NCBI GenBank assembly: GCA_046536795.1 | Contig: JAWDMB010000003.1 | Location: forward strand, 35,645-99,644 | Length of the DNA stretch: 64,000 nucleotides | Source: Candidatus Micrarchaeota archaeon | GTDB lineage: Archaea > Micrarchaeota > Micrarchaeia > Micrarchaeales > CABMGC01 | Direction: 5' to 3' | Part shown: positions 1-9,464 of the stretch, piece by piece | Numbering within the stretch: position 1 is the stretch's first letter | How the letters are laid out: each line of letters starts with the position of its first letter | Notes under the pieces: generated by a model | What the model saw: only the letters and a program-made list of their open reading frames with translations | Told to the model about the DNA's origin: nothing | Database searches by the model: none | Program-made: the position numbers and the translations under genes

Positions 1-2335
1 CCTCTGCCATATGCGGTGCTATAGGCTGCAACATCAACACAACACTCTGAAGGTATTCTCTCAATACAACCACATTTCTTCCGCCACGCTCAAAGTAGCG
101 CTTAAGCTCTTTTATTGAATCGTAGAATATTGAGGTTATAGCGTCTCTAAGTTCAAGCTTTTCCATATGCTCTGTAGCATTTTTTATCTTCCTGTTGAGC
201 TTTGAATATAGCCAATAATCTATCTTCTTTAGCTCGCTTCCTTCATATTTATCAAGAGACTGAACTGTATTGAATAGATATTCTAATCTCTCCATTATTC
301 CTTTCGCGTCTTTATCTGTAAAGTTTGAATCGCTTAGCAAATCAGAGCCACCGTTTACAACTATTCTTATTGTATCTATTCCATAATTTTTTGCACCAGA
401 AATAACGGATATAGTGTTGCCCAGGCTCTTGCTCATCTTTTCTCCTTCATAAAGGACCATGCCGTTTACAACAATCTGCTTTGGCCAGTATGCTTTGTCA
501 AATATTATCGCATGATTGAAGATATACATTGTTAAGTGATTGAAGATAAGATCAGAGCCAGAATGCCTAGATGTAAACCTATACCAATATGTAAACGAAT
601 CTCTGCACTTCTTTATGATCTCCGAATCTATTCCTGTATTCTTAGAAACCTCTTCTAATGAGCCGATACCACGATACACATAATCGAAGAACTCAGGCTT
701 TAGCTGCTCTGGCTTTATTCCCCTTTCCTTTATTATGTGTGATATTGTATAGAATGCAGTGTATATTGTTGAATCAGATAATGATTCTATTATGAACCTG
801 TTATCTAATGGCAGTCTTGTACCAAGTCCTTGTGCTCTCGCAACAGCCCTTAGATCGATCCAGTCAATAGCAGATTCAAAAGCGGTTCTAGCCCTATCAG
901 GAACAATATTTATTTTTGAGAAAGCCTCTTTTGCAAGTGCCTTCCAGTGCTCATCGCCATAATTGAGGAACCACTGGTCTTCAACAACCTTGACAACAAT
1001 CTTTGCACCGCATCTGCAGTAGACAGGAGCGTTTGCAAGAATATATAATTCAAATGCATTTCCTTTTGAAATGAGCTCATTCTTCACCTTTTCTCTCGCT
1101 TCAGGCTCGCTCATGCCTTCATAGCCAGGAACAAGCATCTTGCCCCAATGTGATTCTTCTCTATACTCTAGCTTTGTAGCAAACTCAAGCATATCGTCTA
1201 TTGCATTTACGTTTGTATGAAGTATTTCAAGATATGCAAGCGCAGGTATATCTATATGTATGGGCTTCACTTCACCAACACCAACATCAACAAGCGATCT
1301 GCCTATCTCTACATCTATGAGCTTCTTTGGCTTAATCTCTGGCATAGGATAGCCACTTGCCCGAAGCCTTTCTATAGCAGCATAATCAAAAGGAGCATGA
1401 GAAGGCACACTCATAACAACGCCCGTGCCAACATCAGGCTTTACAAAAAATCCAGGAAGCACTGGAAGTTCTTCATTATTAATCGGATTTATGCATTTCT
1501 TACTTAGCAGCGAACTGCCGTTTACAACTTCTATAATATCGATCTTTAATTGATAAGAAAGAATCTCTGCCGCTTCTTTTGCTATATAGTATATTTCATT
1601 GCCTATCCTGCATTTAACATAAAAAGCATTTTCATTAACAAATATGTTTGTAACACCAAATATTGTTTCTGGCCTATATGTAGCACATAGCATATATGCT
1701 TCTTCACCAACAACTTTGAACTTTATTGCAACTTCTTTTTCTATATCTGGTTGAACATCACCTTTTGTATCATGCATGCCGACAGGATTGCCTTCATTAG
1801 GGCACCACCCAACAGGATGTTTGCCTTGAACAAGCAGATGGTTTGCATTTAAAATACCAAACTGCCACTCTACAAACTTGCTGAATATAGGATCTATGCT
1901 TACAAACTTTCTGCGCCAGTCTATGCTCAAGCCAGATGTGCGCATATCATTCTCTATCGACTTTATAAAGTAGTTTGCAATATATAGAGGATCAACCATC
2001 TTCTTTATTTCTTCATCAGGAACTCCGACGTTCTTAAGCTCTTTTATAATCTCTGGATCGTTGTTCTTTATCCTCTTTGCAAAAGCGAGAACCGGTGTTC
2101 CCGTTGCGTGGAAGCCCATAGGGAAAAGCACGTTGTAGCCACGCATGCGCTTATACCTTGCTAATATATCGCCATCGCCATATGTCTTAAGGTGCCCTAT
2201 ATGCAATGGGCTATTAACATATGGAAAAGCAACAGTTACCATATACGGCTCTTTATCATTGGGCTCAGCTTCGAATATCTTTGCATCTTCCCAAGCTTTA
2301 TTCCACTTGCTTTCTATTTCTTCAAAATTAATCAT
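1..2335 (-). CDS. leuS: Leucyl-tRNA synthetase, archaeal type (C-terminus runs off the left edge)
   Basis: Not in the ORF track; translated by hand from ATG at 2335: MINFEEIESKWNKAWEDAKIFEAEP...AFPYVNSPLHIGHLKTY (HIGH motif), FPMGFHATGTP, and YEGEKMSKSLGN (KMSKS motif) near 420-450. Confidence 0.95.
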   Translation of the reverse strand, partial: MINFEEIESKWNKAWEDAKIFEAEPNDKEPYMVTVAFPYVNSPLHIGHLKTYGDGDILARYKRMRGYNVLFPMGFHATGTPVLAFAKRIKNNDPEIIKELKNVGVPDEEIKKMVDPLYIANYFIKSIENDMRTSGLSIDWRRKFVSIDPIFSKFVEWQFGILNANHLLVQGKHPVGWCPNEGNPVGMHDTKGDVQPDIEKEVAIKFKVVGEEAYMLCATYRPETIFGVTNIFVNENAFYVKCRIGNEIYYIAKEAAEILSYQLKIDIIEVVNGSSLLSKKCINPINNEELPVLPGFFVKPDVGTGVVMSVPSHAPFDYAAIERLRASGYPMPEIKPKKLIDVEIGRSLVDVGVGEVKPIHIDIPALAYLEILHTNVNAIDDMLEFATKLEYREESHWGKMLVPGYEGMSEPEAREKVKNELISKGNAFELYILANAPVYCRCGAKIVVKVVEDQWFLNYGDEHWKALAKEAFSKINIVPDRARTAFESAIDWIDLRAVARAQGLGTRLPLDNRFIIESLSDSTIYTAFYTISHIIKERGIKPEQLKPEFFDYVYRGIGSLEEVSKNTGIDSEIIKKCRDSFTYWYRFTSRHSGSDLIFNHLTMYIFNHAIIFDKAYWPKQIVVNGMVLYEGEKMSKSLGNTISVISGAKNYGIDTIRIVVNGGSDLLSDSNFTDKDAKGIMERLEYLFNTVQSLDKYEGSELKKIDYWLYSKLNRKIKNATEHMEKLELRDAITSIFYDSIKELKRYFERGGRNVVVLREYLQSVVLMLQPIAPHMAE

Positions 2336-2487
2336 AAAATTCACTTTAAAGTTTATTGTAAGAAAACTATTTATTACTTATATTCAATGTATAAAAAGCT
2401 AGCATAGCAAAAAGCCCAGCATAGCAAACTCTAAAAATTTATATATGTTTACTTCTGAATAATACTAACTATTTGTTGGTGTTTAAG

Positions 2488-2640
2488 ATGGGAAGAATAC
2501 CTATAGCTGACGAAAAACTAGCAAAGATATGGATCTGTAAAAGATGCAAGGCAAGAAATCCGGCGGGAGCAACAAAATGTAGAAAATGCGGCTATAAAGC
2601 GCTTAGACCAAAGAGAAGAGAAGTTAGAGTGAAGAAGTAA
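2488..2640 (+). CDS. rpl40e: 50S ribosomal protein L40e
   Basis: Hand-translated 50 aa: [50 protein letters not shown]; CxxC...CxxCG zinc finger and LRPK motif. Confidence 0.93.
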   Translation: MGRIPIADEKLAKIWICKRCKARNPAGATKCRKCGYKALRPKRREVRVKK

Positions 2641-2665
2641 TTATGCTTTTAAAGTGGTTGATAGT

Positions 2666-2893
2666 ATGGTAGACCTAACACCAAATGAAAAACTTGTTAT
2701 AAAGGCGATGCAGGAGCTTGGAGCAACAAAGGAAGATTCACTCAAGACAGCAGACGACATAGCAAAGAAGTGCAACAGGCCAAAGAGCCTTGTTACAAAC
2801 ACATTGGTGCAGTTGGCGCAGAAAAATATAGTAAAAAGAGTTGCTAGAGAAAAGGCTGCAGGCTACTATCTTACACAGCAGATATCGGTATAA
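2666..2893 (+). CDS. Small winged-helix (HTH) DNA-binding protein
   Basis: ORF track 2654..2893; second ATG at 2666 preferred. Helix-turn-helix pattern followed by a wing (TADDIAKKCNRPKSLVTNTLVQLAQKNIVKRV...GYYL). Confidence 0.7.
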   Translation: MVDLTPNEKLVIKAMQELGATKEDSLKTADDIAKKCNRPKSLVTNTLVQLAQKNIVKRVAREKAAGYYLTQQISV

Positions 2894-2903
2894 GGTTTTT
2901 AAT

Positions 2904-3362
2904 ATGGGGAGTAGTGAGGAAAGAGACTCTATAGACTTCCTAGCAAAGTACAAGGATTGGATAGCTATAAAGAAGATGAGCATAGACGCTGATACAAAGC
3001 CAGAGGAGATAGCGTTTCATCTAGCTTCAATAAGGCAGACAATAGACAAAAAAGCCTTTGAAATACTTGGCATCGACACCAAACAGCTAGATGATCTTGC
3101 AAACAAGATAACAAGTGGAGCTAGGAAGAGCTATAAAGCACTTGCAGAAGCTATAGCAAGCCTTGGCAGCCAAGAAGCTAGGGATATTGTTGCAAAGGCA
3201 TGCAATGGAAAGGAAGAGTTGCAAGAGGTTGCGAATGCATACCTTCTAAGAAAGGTTGTGCAAAACCTTGGCTTTGACTTTGATGTAAACCAGGAGATGC
3301 TTGCAAAGGTTTACCCACAGCTAAAGATACCTAAGCCACTTGGCAGAAAGCCAAAGGCTTGA
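2904..3362 (+). CDS. Conserved archaeal protein, DUF2666-like
   Basis: ATG at 2904 within track ORF 2841..3362. FLAKYKDWIAIKKMSID...EIAFHLASI and terminal KVYPQLKIPKPLGRKPK resemble DUF2666 (from recall). Confidence 0.6.
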   Translation: MGSSEERDSIDFLAKYKDWIAIKKMSIDADTKPEEIAFHLASIRQTIDKKAFEILGIDTKQLDDLANKITSGARKSYKALAEAIASLGSQEARDIVAKACNGKEELQEVANAYLLRKVVQNLGFDFDVNQEMLAKVYPQLKIPKPLGRKPKA

Positions 3363-3376
3363 CTTTTTCTTTTTTG

Positions 3377-3449
3377 GGGGAGTTAGGCTAGCTTGGTAGG
3401 CTTCCAGGTTTGGGACCTGGCGACCCGTGTTCAAATCACGGACTCCCCG
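3377..3449 (+). tRNA. tRNA-Pro(TGG)
   Basis: Acceptor stem GGGGAGT/ACTCCCC, anticodon arm CCAGG-TTTGGGA-CCTGG, T-arm CCGTG-TTCAAAT-CACGG; CCA not encoded. Confidence 0.95.
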
Positions 3450-3482
3450 CTTTAGATAAATCTAAGATTAGCACTAATTGGT

Positions 3483-4217
3483 TTAGGTAGATATCACGCT
3501 TAAATTGCATGGTTTACCATATTCTATGCAACCGTTTGTAAAGTTATTGTTTCTGAATGGCAGATAAATTGCAACATTGCTTAATGGTGAACCACCCAAA
3601 CCGCGCATATAAAGAGTGTATATCTCGCTACTATTTAATGAGGTATTGTAGAATTGTACATCATTAAGATAGCCATTGAAGTATGCAAAAGTTGGTATTT
3701 TACCGTTTATGTAAAATGTTGATGTTCTCTTTCCTATTTCTATAACTTTAGCTCCAAACACCTTGTAAGGCGTAGCTGTTTTATTTACAAGCTTTCCATC
3801 AATATAGATACTTATGTAAGATTTGTTGTATGTACAAGCGATCATATGCCATGAGCCGGTGCCTATAAATGGTGCTGTAGCAAACCTCCAGCCTGCTGTA
3901 TAGTTGCCTTCCACTCGTTCATCACTGAATACACCGCATGCTGTCACATTTGATATCTCGCCCCCGGCACCCACATACCATGTTGAGTGAGTGCCTTCGC
4001 TTATTCCCTGCGAAGCAATAACACCAATGCCGTTAAAGCTTTTGTAATATACCCAAGCAAAAAAGGTAAAGTTGCCTGGAAAAGATGCATTGAGCAACAA
4101 ATAGGTATGGCCATTAAAGTATGCGCCACTCTGCTTTGAAGCTAGAGCAAGCAAAAGATAAGCTAAAGCGAGTAAAAGTAAAATAACAAAAATTAAAGCA
4201 AATATAAGTTTCTTCAT
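3483..4217 (-). CDS. Secreted or membrane-anchored LamG (ConA-like lectin/glucanase) domain protein
   Basis: N-terminal hydrophobic signal (MKKLIFALIFVILLLLALAYLLL); LamG motifs FTFFAWV, WHMIACTY, IYIDGKLV, FNGYLNDVQFYNTSL. Confidence 0.85.
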   Translation of the reverse strand: MKKLIFALIFVILLLLALAYLLLALASKQSGAYFNGHTYLLLNASFPGNFTFFAWVYYKSFNGIGVIASQGISEGTHSTWYVGAGGEISNVTACGVFSDERVEGNYTAGWRFATAPFIGTGSWHMIACTYNKSYISIYIDGKLVNKTATPYKVFGAKVIEIGKRTSTFYINGKIPTFAYFNGYLNDVQFYNTSLNSSEIYTLYMRGLGGSPLSNVAIYLPFRNNNFTNGCIEYGKPCNLSVIST

Positions 4218-4221
4218 ATTA

Positions 4222-4608
4222 TTATCTGCCAACGAGTATATTTTTGATATCATCGGGTATCTCTACAGAGTGCCATACATTTCTGTCTATAATTTTTTGC
4301 GCTAAATAGCCGGTTGTTGTAAGCTCTTTTCCTCTAAATATTTTGAAGTTTGTGATTATCTTTCTTTCTTTTACCTCAGGTTCTATCACAATTTTTATTT
4401 TATTTCCCAAATATAAGGGTTTTTTATATGCTGCATGAGATTCTACAATAACAAACCAGAGATTGCTATATTTTGCCATTATCTTGCTAAGTTTTTTCTC
4501 GGCAAACGATGAAAGTGCATCGGTCACAAAACGGTAGTAAGATGCATAGTGTGCAATACCTTGATAGTCAGTATCATAAGGCATAACTTTATCGTAGAAA
4601 ATATACAT
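4222..4608 (-). CDS. Hotdog-fold acyl-CoA thioesterase (YbgC/4HBT family)
   Basis: YDTDYQGIAHYASYYRF signature; 128 aa. Confidence 0.85.
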   Translation of the reverse strand: MYIFYDKVMPYDTDYQGIAHYASYYRFVTDALSSFAEKKLSKIMAKYSNLWFVIVESHAAYKKPLYLGNKIKIVIEPEVKERKIITNFKIFRGKELTTTGYLAQKIIDRNVWHSVEIPDDIKNILVGR

Positions 4609-4732
4609 AAAAACCCAAAAAATCTTCAGATTTAAGATTATTATATTTTTTGCAAAAAAAGGAAATAAGGGAGAAGAATAAAAAAGAAGTAAATAATATA
4701 AATATTAATTAGCAAATTCTAGTGTTTTGCGC

Positions 4733-4818
4733 GCCGCAGTAGCTCAGTCCGGGAGAGCGTCCGGCTGAAGTCAAATATGGAAACCGGAATGTCGTCGGTT
4801 CAAATCCGACCTGCGGCA
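4733..4818 (+). tRNA. tRNA-Phe(GAA) with about 12-nt intron at 37/38
   Basis: GCCGCAG/CTGCGGC acceptor stem, TCCGG/CCGGA anticodon stem, CT-GAA-G followed by the insert TCAAATATGGAA, GTCGG-TTCAAAT-CCGAC T-arm. Confidence 0.92.
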
Positions 4819-4856
4819 TTTATTTTTAAAATTAAGTTAGCAAATTGAATATTTTT

Positions 4857-5639
4857 CTAAGCTATGCTTGCATCGAGTACTTGTGCAATTTCCTTCTTTA
4901 AATCAGGATTTATGCTTGCGAGTTCCATAGGGCTAACCGTTATTGACTTTTTAATAAAGAGCTCATAGCAATCAGTACCCTTCTTAAACCTCTTCTTCAA
5001 TGTGCCACCTAGCCAATAGTATAGCTTGTTTGATGGATCTATTCTCTCATTTACGAAATTATCGAACAAGGTGTCTTCGAGATCGCAGATTTTCACCTTT
5101 GTAGAACTATTTAAAGCTGTTGGAAGATTTATGTTTAGCATGTCTATATCGCTCGGAAAACCTTTTTTCTTTATAGAATTTAGTATCTTTACAATTTGCG
5201 TTTTAACATTGCTAAAAGTCTTTTTTTGTAAACCCATTTCTGTAGCAAGAGAGAAGGCAATACCTTTTATGCCGTATATTGCACCGAACTTAACAGCAGA
5301 TACAGTGCCACTAGACTCTACTGCTTGGAGGCTTGCGTTTGAACCATTATTAACACCTGAAAGCACAAGATCAATCTTCTTGTTTTTTAAAATGTGATAT
5401 ATTGAAACAAAAACACAATCGGCGGGTGTGCCTGATACAGAAAAACCTTTTATACCTGGCATCATTACCTTTTCTATTCTAAGAGGCTTATGAAAGGTCA
5501 GACTCATACCGCTTGCGCTTCTTGGACCAGATGGCGCAACAACAGTAACGTTTTTCTCTCCAAAAACTTCTACTGCGGCGCTATAAAGCGTTTTTATACC
5601 TTTGCTATATATACCATCATCATTTGTTACTATAATCAG
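4857..5639 (-). CDS. surE: 5'/3'-nucleotidase SurE (probable CTG start)
   Basis: The track ORF (start 5507) extends in frame to IIVTNDDGIYSKG...VVAPSGPRSASG; also has SGTPADCV, SGVNNG and SSGTV motifs. Confidence 0.92.
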   Translation of the reverse strand: MIIVTNDDGIYSKGIKTLYSAAVEVFGEKNVTVVAPSGPRSASGMSLTFHKPLRIEKVMMPGIKGFSVSGTPADCVFVSIYHILKNKKIDLVLSGVNNGSNASLQAVESSGTVSAVKFGAIYGIKGIAFSLATEMGLQKKTFSNVKTQIVKILNSIKKKGFPSDIDMLNINLPTALNSSTKVKICDLEDTLFDNFVNERIDPSNKLYYWLGGTLKKRFKKGTDCYELFIKKSITVSPMELASINPDLKKEIAQVLDASIA

Positions 5640-5721
5640 AAAAACACCTCCGTTAAAAACAAGATAAGAACTCGTTAATTTTTAAATATATTATCTCATT
5701 AAACTTTTAAATATATCTCTT

Positions 5722-6198
5722 TTATGGCTTGTTTTTACTTTGCACTGGCTTATAATTAAAGACTTTTCTTAGCTTCTCTACTTCAGGCTCTACCTTGTGC
5801 TTTGCAAGCTTCTCAAGTTCAAACTTCCTTAAATCGGCATACAGCCTGTCAGTATAGTCGCTGTACATATCATACTTGTTTCTCGGTATTATATGAATAT
5901 GCAAATGTTCTATAGATCTGCCTGAATAAGGACCCACCTGTGCCACAAGATTATATGAGCTGTCAGCATTATATACCTTTAGAAGCTTTGGAGTAACATA
6001 TCTTATTGTCTTTATCAAATCTACTGCCTCCTTTTCGCTAAGTTCGTTCAAACTCTTTACATGCCTCTTTGGCACTATTAGTGTGTGGCCCCTTACCACC
6101 GGATACAAATTATAAAGTACGTTCATATACTTTGTTTCATAGTAAATCTGTGTCTCAATGCTTTTTTTATCGCAGAACGGATCATTCTTTTTGTTCAT
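5722..6198 (-). CDS. HIT family hydrolase
   Basis: GHTLIVPKRH and HLHIHIIPR (HxHxH triad). Confidence 0.93.
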   Translation of the reverse strand: MNKKNDPFCDKKSIETQIYYETKYMNVLYNLYPVVRGHTLIVPKRHVKSLNELSEKEAVDLIKTIRYVTPKLLKVYNADSSYNLVAQVGPYSGRSIEHLHIHIIPRNKYDMYSDYTDRLYADLRKFELEKLAKHKVEPEVEKLRKVFNYKPVQSKNKP

Positions 6199-6253
6199 AT
6201 GATCACTGCTTCATTATAAAGATTTATAATAATGCAAAATCTATTTATTGTAG

Positions 6254-7816
6254 ATGGATAGCGAAATAGGTGCTGACAAAAGATGGTATGAGCTCGGCCC
6301 CGCAACAAGTCTTGTAAAGCTAGAAGGCTTAGCATTTAGAGAATATCAGTTCAACATAACAAAGAGCATACTCCAGGGCAAAAACACGCTTGTTATATTG
6401 CCAACAGGGCTTGGAAAAACACTCATAGGAATATTTGCGATAGCAGATGCACTATATAAAGGGAAGAAAGCAATGTTCCTAGCACCAACAAAGCCTCTAT
6501 GCGAGCAGCACTACAATACGCTTCTTGAGCTTCTCAGATTAGAGCCAAATGAAATACTTTTACTCACAGGCGCGGTCGGCAAGAAGAAGAGAATGATGCT
6601 TGAGAATGAAGCAAAAGTTATTGTTGCAACACCGCAAACAATAGCAAATGATTTAAAGCACGCACTTCTTAGCCTAAACGATTTCGGTGTTATCGTTTTT
6701 GATGAGTGCCACAGGGCTGTGGGCAAATATGCATATACCTATATAGCAAACGAAGCAGAGCAGAAAGGTGTACAGATTGTTGGCTTGACAGCATCGCCTG
6801 GTGGTAAGCCAGAGAAGATAAAGGAGCTTATCGATACATTAAAGATAGAAAACATAGAGGTAAGAATATCAACAGATGAAGATGTTGCAAAATATGTAAT
6901 GCCGAAATATCTTCATGTAATATATGTTGAGAAATCCGATAGAATAAAGCTCATAACGAGCTACTTAAGGCCGCTAATAGAAGAGAGCCTTGAATCATTA
7001 AATAAGATGGAGCTTATAGGCTTCAAAAAGTTTGAGCATATACCAAAAGGCAAGCTCATAGAGCTAGGAAATGAAATAAGCAAGATAACCGCAACAAACT
7101 ATAGATTCGGGGCGATGTATAGCTATATAAAGCTCTTAAACCTGCTTCATATGTATGATCTTGTAGAGACAGAAGGGCTATATGCATTCTCAAGCTATAT
7201 CGAGAGCCTCGCAAAAAGGGAGAAGAAGAGCAGAGCTATACTAAGCCTTCTTAACAACAAGAATATTGTTATAGCAAAACAGATATGCGATGAAGGTATA
7301 AGGCTAGGCTATGAGCATCCGAAAGTCGAGGCCCTACTTGGCATATTGGCAGGATACAGAGATAAAAGCATTATTGTATTTGCACAATATAGGTCTACCA
7401 TAAAGATGCTTGTAGACCAACTGAACAAGCGTGGCTATAATGCAAGACCTTTTGTAGGTAAAAAAGAAGGAATAACGCAGATGCAGCAGAAGCAGATAAT
7501 AGAAGATTTTAGAAGCGGTAAATTCAATATACTTGTTGCAAGCTCAATAGGCGAAGAAGGCTTAGATATACCAAGCGTAGATGTTGTAGTGTTCTATGAG
7601 CCAATACCAAATGAGATAAGAAATATACAGAGGCGAGGTAGGACGGGTAGGTTTAGAGCAGGCGAAATTTATATACTTGTTACAAAGGCCACTAAAGATG
7701 AGGTATATTTCTTCGTTTCAAGGCAGAGAGAAAGGAAGATGCTATCTATCATTAATAGTATAAAGGCAAAACTTGCAGCAGAGAAGAGTGGGGGCCAGAA
7801 AAAGCTTAGCATTTGA
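6254..7816 (+). CDS. Hef/FANCM-like SF2 DEAH helicase, helicase module only
   Basis: LPTGLGKT (Walker A), DECH, LTASPG, EEGLDIP, QRRGRTGR; 520 aa with no ERCC4 nuclease domain. Confidence 0.9.
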   Translation: MDSEIGADKRWYELGPATSLVKLEGLAFREYQFNITKSILQGKNTLVILPTGLGKTLIGIFAIADALYKGKKAMFLAPTKPLCEQHYNTLLELLRLEPNEILLLTGAVGKKKRMMLENEAKVIVATPQTIANDLKHALLSLNDFGVIVFDECHRAVGKYAYTYIANEAEQKGVQIVGLTASPGGKPEKIKELIDTLKIENIEVRISTDEDVAKYVMPKYLHVIYVEKSDRIKLITSYLRPLIEESLESLNKMELIGFKKFEHIPKGKLIELGNEISKITATNYRFGAMYSYIKLLNLLHMYDLVETEGLYAFSSYIESLAKREKKSRAILSLLNNKNIVIAKQICDEGIRLGYEHPKVEALLGILAGYRDKSIIVFAQYRSTIKMLVDQLNKRGYNARPFVGKKEGITQMQQKQIIEDFRSGKFNILVASSIGEEGLDIPSVDVVVFYEPIPNEIRNIQRRGRTGRFRAGEIYILVTKATKDEVYFFVSRQRERKMLSIINSIKAKLAAEKSGGQKKLSI

Positions 7817-7906
7817 TAAACGCATGAATAGTGGAATAAAAGATGGGGTTAAATTTAAATATGACTTTGATTATCAATAGTAATCGAATGGGGGTGGGGA
7901 AGATAT

Positions 7907-8158
7907 ATGGAAATAAAAAAAGGGAGGTTAGAGTTAGGTAGTGTGAGTGCAGATCAGATACTACAGAAGCTCAAGCAAAGCAAAGGATATGCACCCATAA
8001 TAGCAGATGAAGCAGCACAAAAAGAGGAGATAAGACCGGCGGTAATAGAGGCAATGGAGAGATATATAAAAGAAGAAGATGGCCCAGAAGGAGCAGTAAT
8101 TAAGAAAATGCTGCTCGAACTTGAGACAATAGAATTCCTAGAAGCACTCAAAGAGTAA
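7907..8158 (+). CDS. Hypothetical 83-aa helical protein
   Basis: ORF with a G-rich SD-like upstream tract (GGGGGTGGGGA); no recognisable family. Confidence 0.6.
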   Translation: MEIKKGRLELGSVSADQILQKLKQSKGYAPIIADEAAQKEEIRPAVIEAMERYIKEEDGPEGAVIKKMLLELETIEFLEALKE

Positions 8159-8169
8159 TGTGTGCAAAG

Positions 8170-8209
8170 GTGTGTCACGAGAGTGGCACACGCTATTTTT
8201 TGTTACTTT
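8170..8209 (+). terminator. Stem-loop plus U-tract (intrinsic-terminator-like)
   Basis: GTGTGTCAC-GAGA-GTGGCACAC, a 9-bp stem with one G-U pair and a GNRA loop, followed by TATTTTTTGTTACTTT. Confidence 0.55.
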
Positions 8210-8357
8210 TATTTCTCTTTTTCTCCACCCTTTTTCAATAACCGAGTTATATTTATATTTTTCTAAACATATTTTATATGCAAACTAGCATAAATGAAAG
8301 CAAAAATAAATTATATCTTAGATATCGCACTAGTAGAAGAGTTAAAAGAGGATACAA

Positions 8358-9464
8358 ATGAGATACTTAGATATAGTAAAAGGGCTTGATAAAGAACTTC
8401 CTGAAGAGCCAAATCCACTCTATGTAAGGAATAGCATGAGGATAGAGCTTAGAAAAAGTGCTAGGCCCAGCATAGATGAAATGCAGAACTTTGCAAAAGA
8501 AAATAGATTGGCATTTGATATTATTACAAACGGTTCCGAATTTATAGTAAATAGAGTAAGCAATGCCAATATAGAGGTTCATGGTATAGAAGATGAATTG
8601 ACCTATGAATTTAAAACAAAGGCAGAAAGCAGATACATTGGTTTTACAATGGGTAATGTGGAAAAATTTCTACTCTTAAGCGTGGAAAGAAAAAATAAGG
8701 CACGCTTAAGGCTTCTTATGGGCGGTGAAGGGCTGCTGGTCATCGCTAAAGCATATGAAGATGCTGAGCTTAGCTTAGAAGAATTCCTATATGGCGACAA
8801 TAGTATTATAAATGAGATCAATGCTGAAAAACGCTCTAAGGTGGGACTTGATATTATACAGCTAAGCAACAAAAGGTCTCTTAACTTCTACAATGCTAAC
8901 CTCAGCGAAGGCTCAGAGCTTAATGTAAACAACTTTACCTCCAACAGAGAAGCAAAGTCGAGGAACAAAGTGATAGGCTATGCGGGCAGCAAGGTTATGA
9001 TAAATAATATTATCATGGGAAAAAATAGCATTGTAGATATAGCAGATTTAGTAAATAGCAAAGGTCCTGAAACAAAGAGTTTTATTGAGGTTAATGCAAT
9101 AGGCTCTTATGGCTCTACGATATCAATAAAAGAGAACTCAAGCATAGAAAAAGGAGCTTATCGCAGCGAATCAGTAATATCAACAAAGGGTATTAACTTG
9201 GATGATTCAAAAATAGAGGCAATACCTTCAATGGGCACAGAAGAAAATGACGTAAAAGCTTCACATGCGGCTGCTGTATCGCCTATAAGCACAGAGGCAA
9301 TAGAATATCTTATGAGTAGGGGCATTAGCAAAAGTGATTCAAAGAAGCTTATTCTAATGGGCATGCTCGATAAGCATATTATGAAGTTTTCATCAAATGA
9401 ATATTTAAAAAATAAAATAGATTTGATGCTTAATGAGCTTTTGGGTGTTTTAAATGCTTCTTGA
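8358..9464 (+). CDS. sufD: SufBD-family Fe-S assembly protein (SufD-like)
   Basis: C-terminal DVKASHAAAV...YLMSRGI motif; overlaps the sufC start. Confidence 0.8.
   Translation: MRYLDIVKGLDKELPEEPNPLYVRNSMRIELRKSARPSIDEMQNFAKENRLAFDIITNGSEFIVNRVSNANIEVHGIEDELTYEFKTKAESRYIGFTMGNVEKFLLLSVERKNKARLRLLMGGEGLLVIAKAYEDAELSLEEFLYGDNSIINEINAEKRSKVGLDIIQLSNKRSLNFYNANLSEGSELNVNNFTSNREAKSRNKVIGYAGSKVMINNIIMGKNSIVDIADLVNSKGPETKSFIEVNAIGSYGSTISIKENSSIEKGAYRSESVISTKGINLDDSKIEAIPSMGTEENDVKASHAAAVSPISTEAIEYLMSRGISKSDSKKLILMGMLDKHIMKFSSNEYLKNKIDLMLNELLGVLNAS

Noticed and set aside
759-2407. Short + strand ORFs (759, 1217, 2145, 2192)
   Set aside because: Antisense shadows of leuS. Likewise, the many short track ORFs antisense to or overlapping confident genes elsewhere were discarded.
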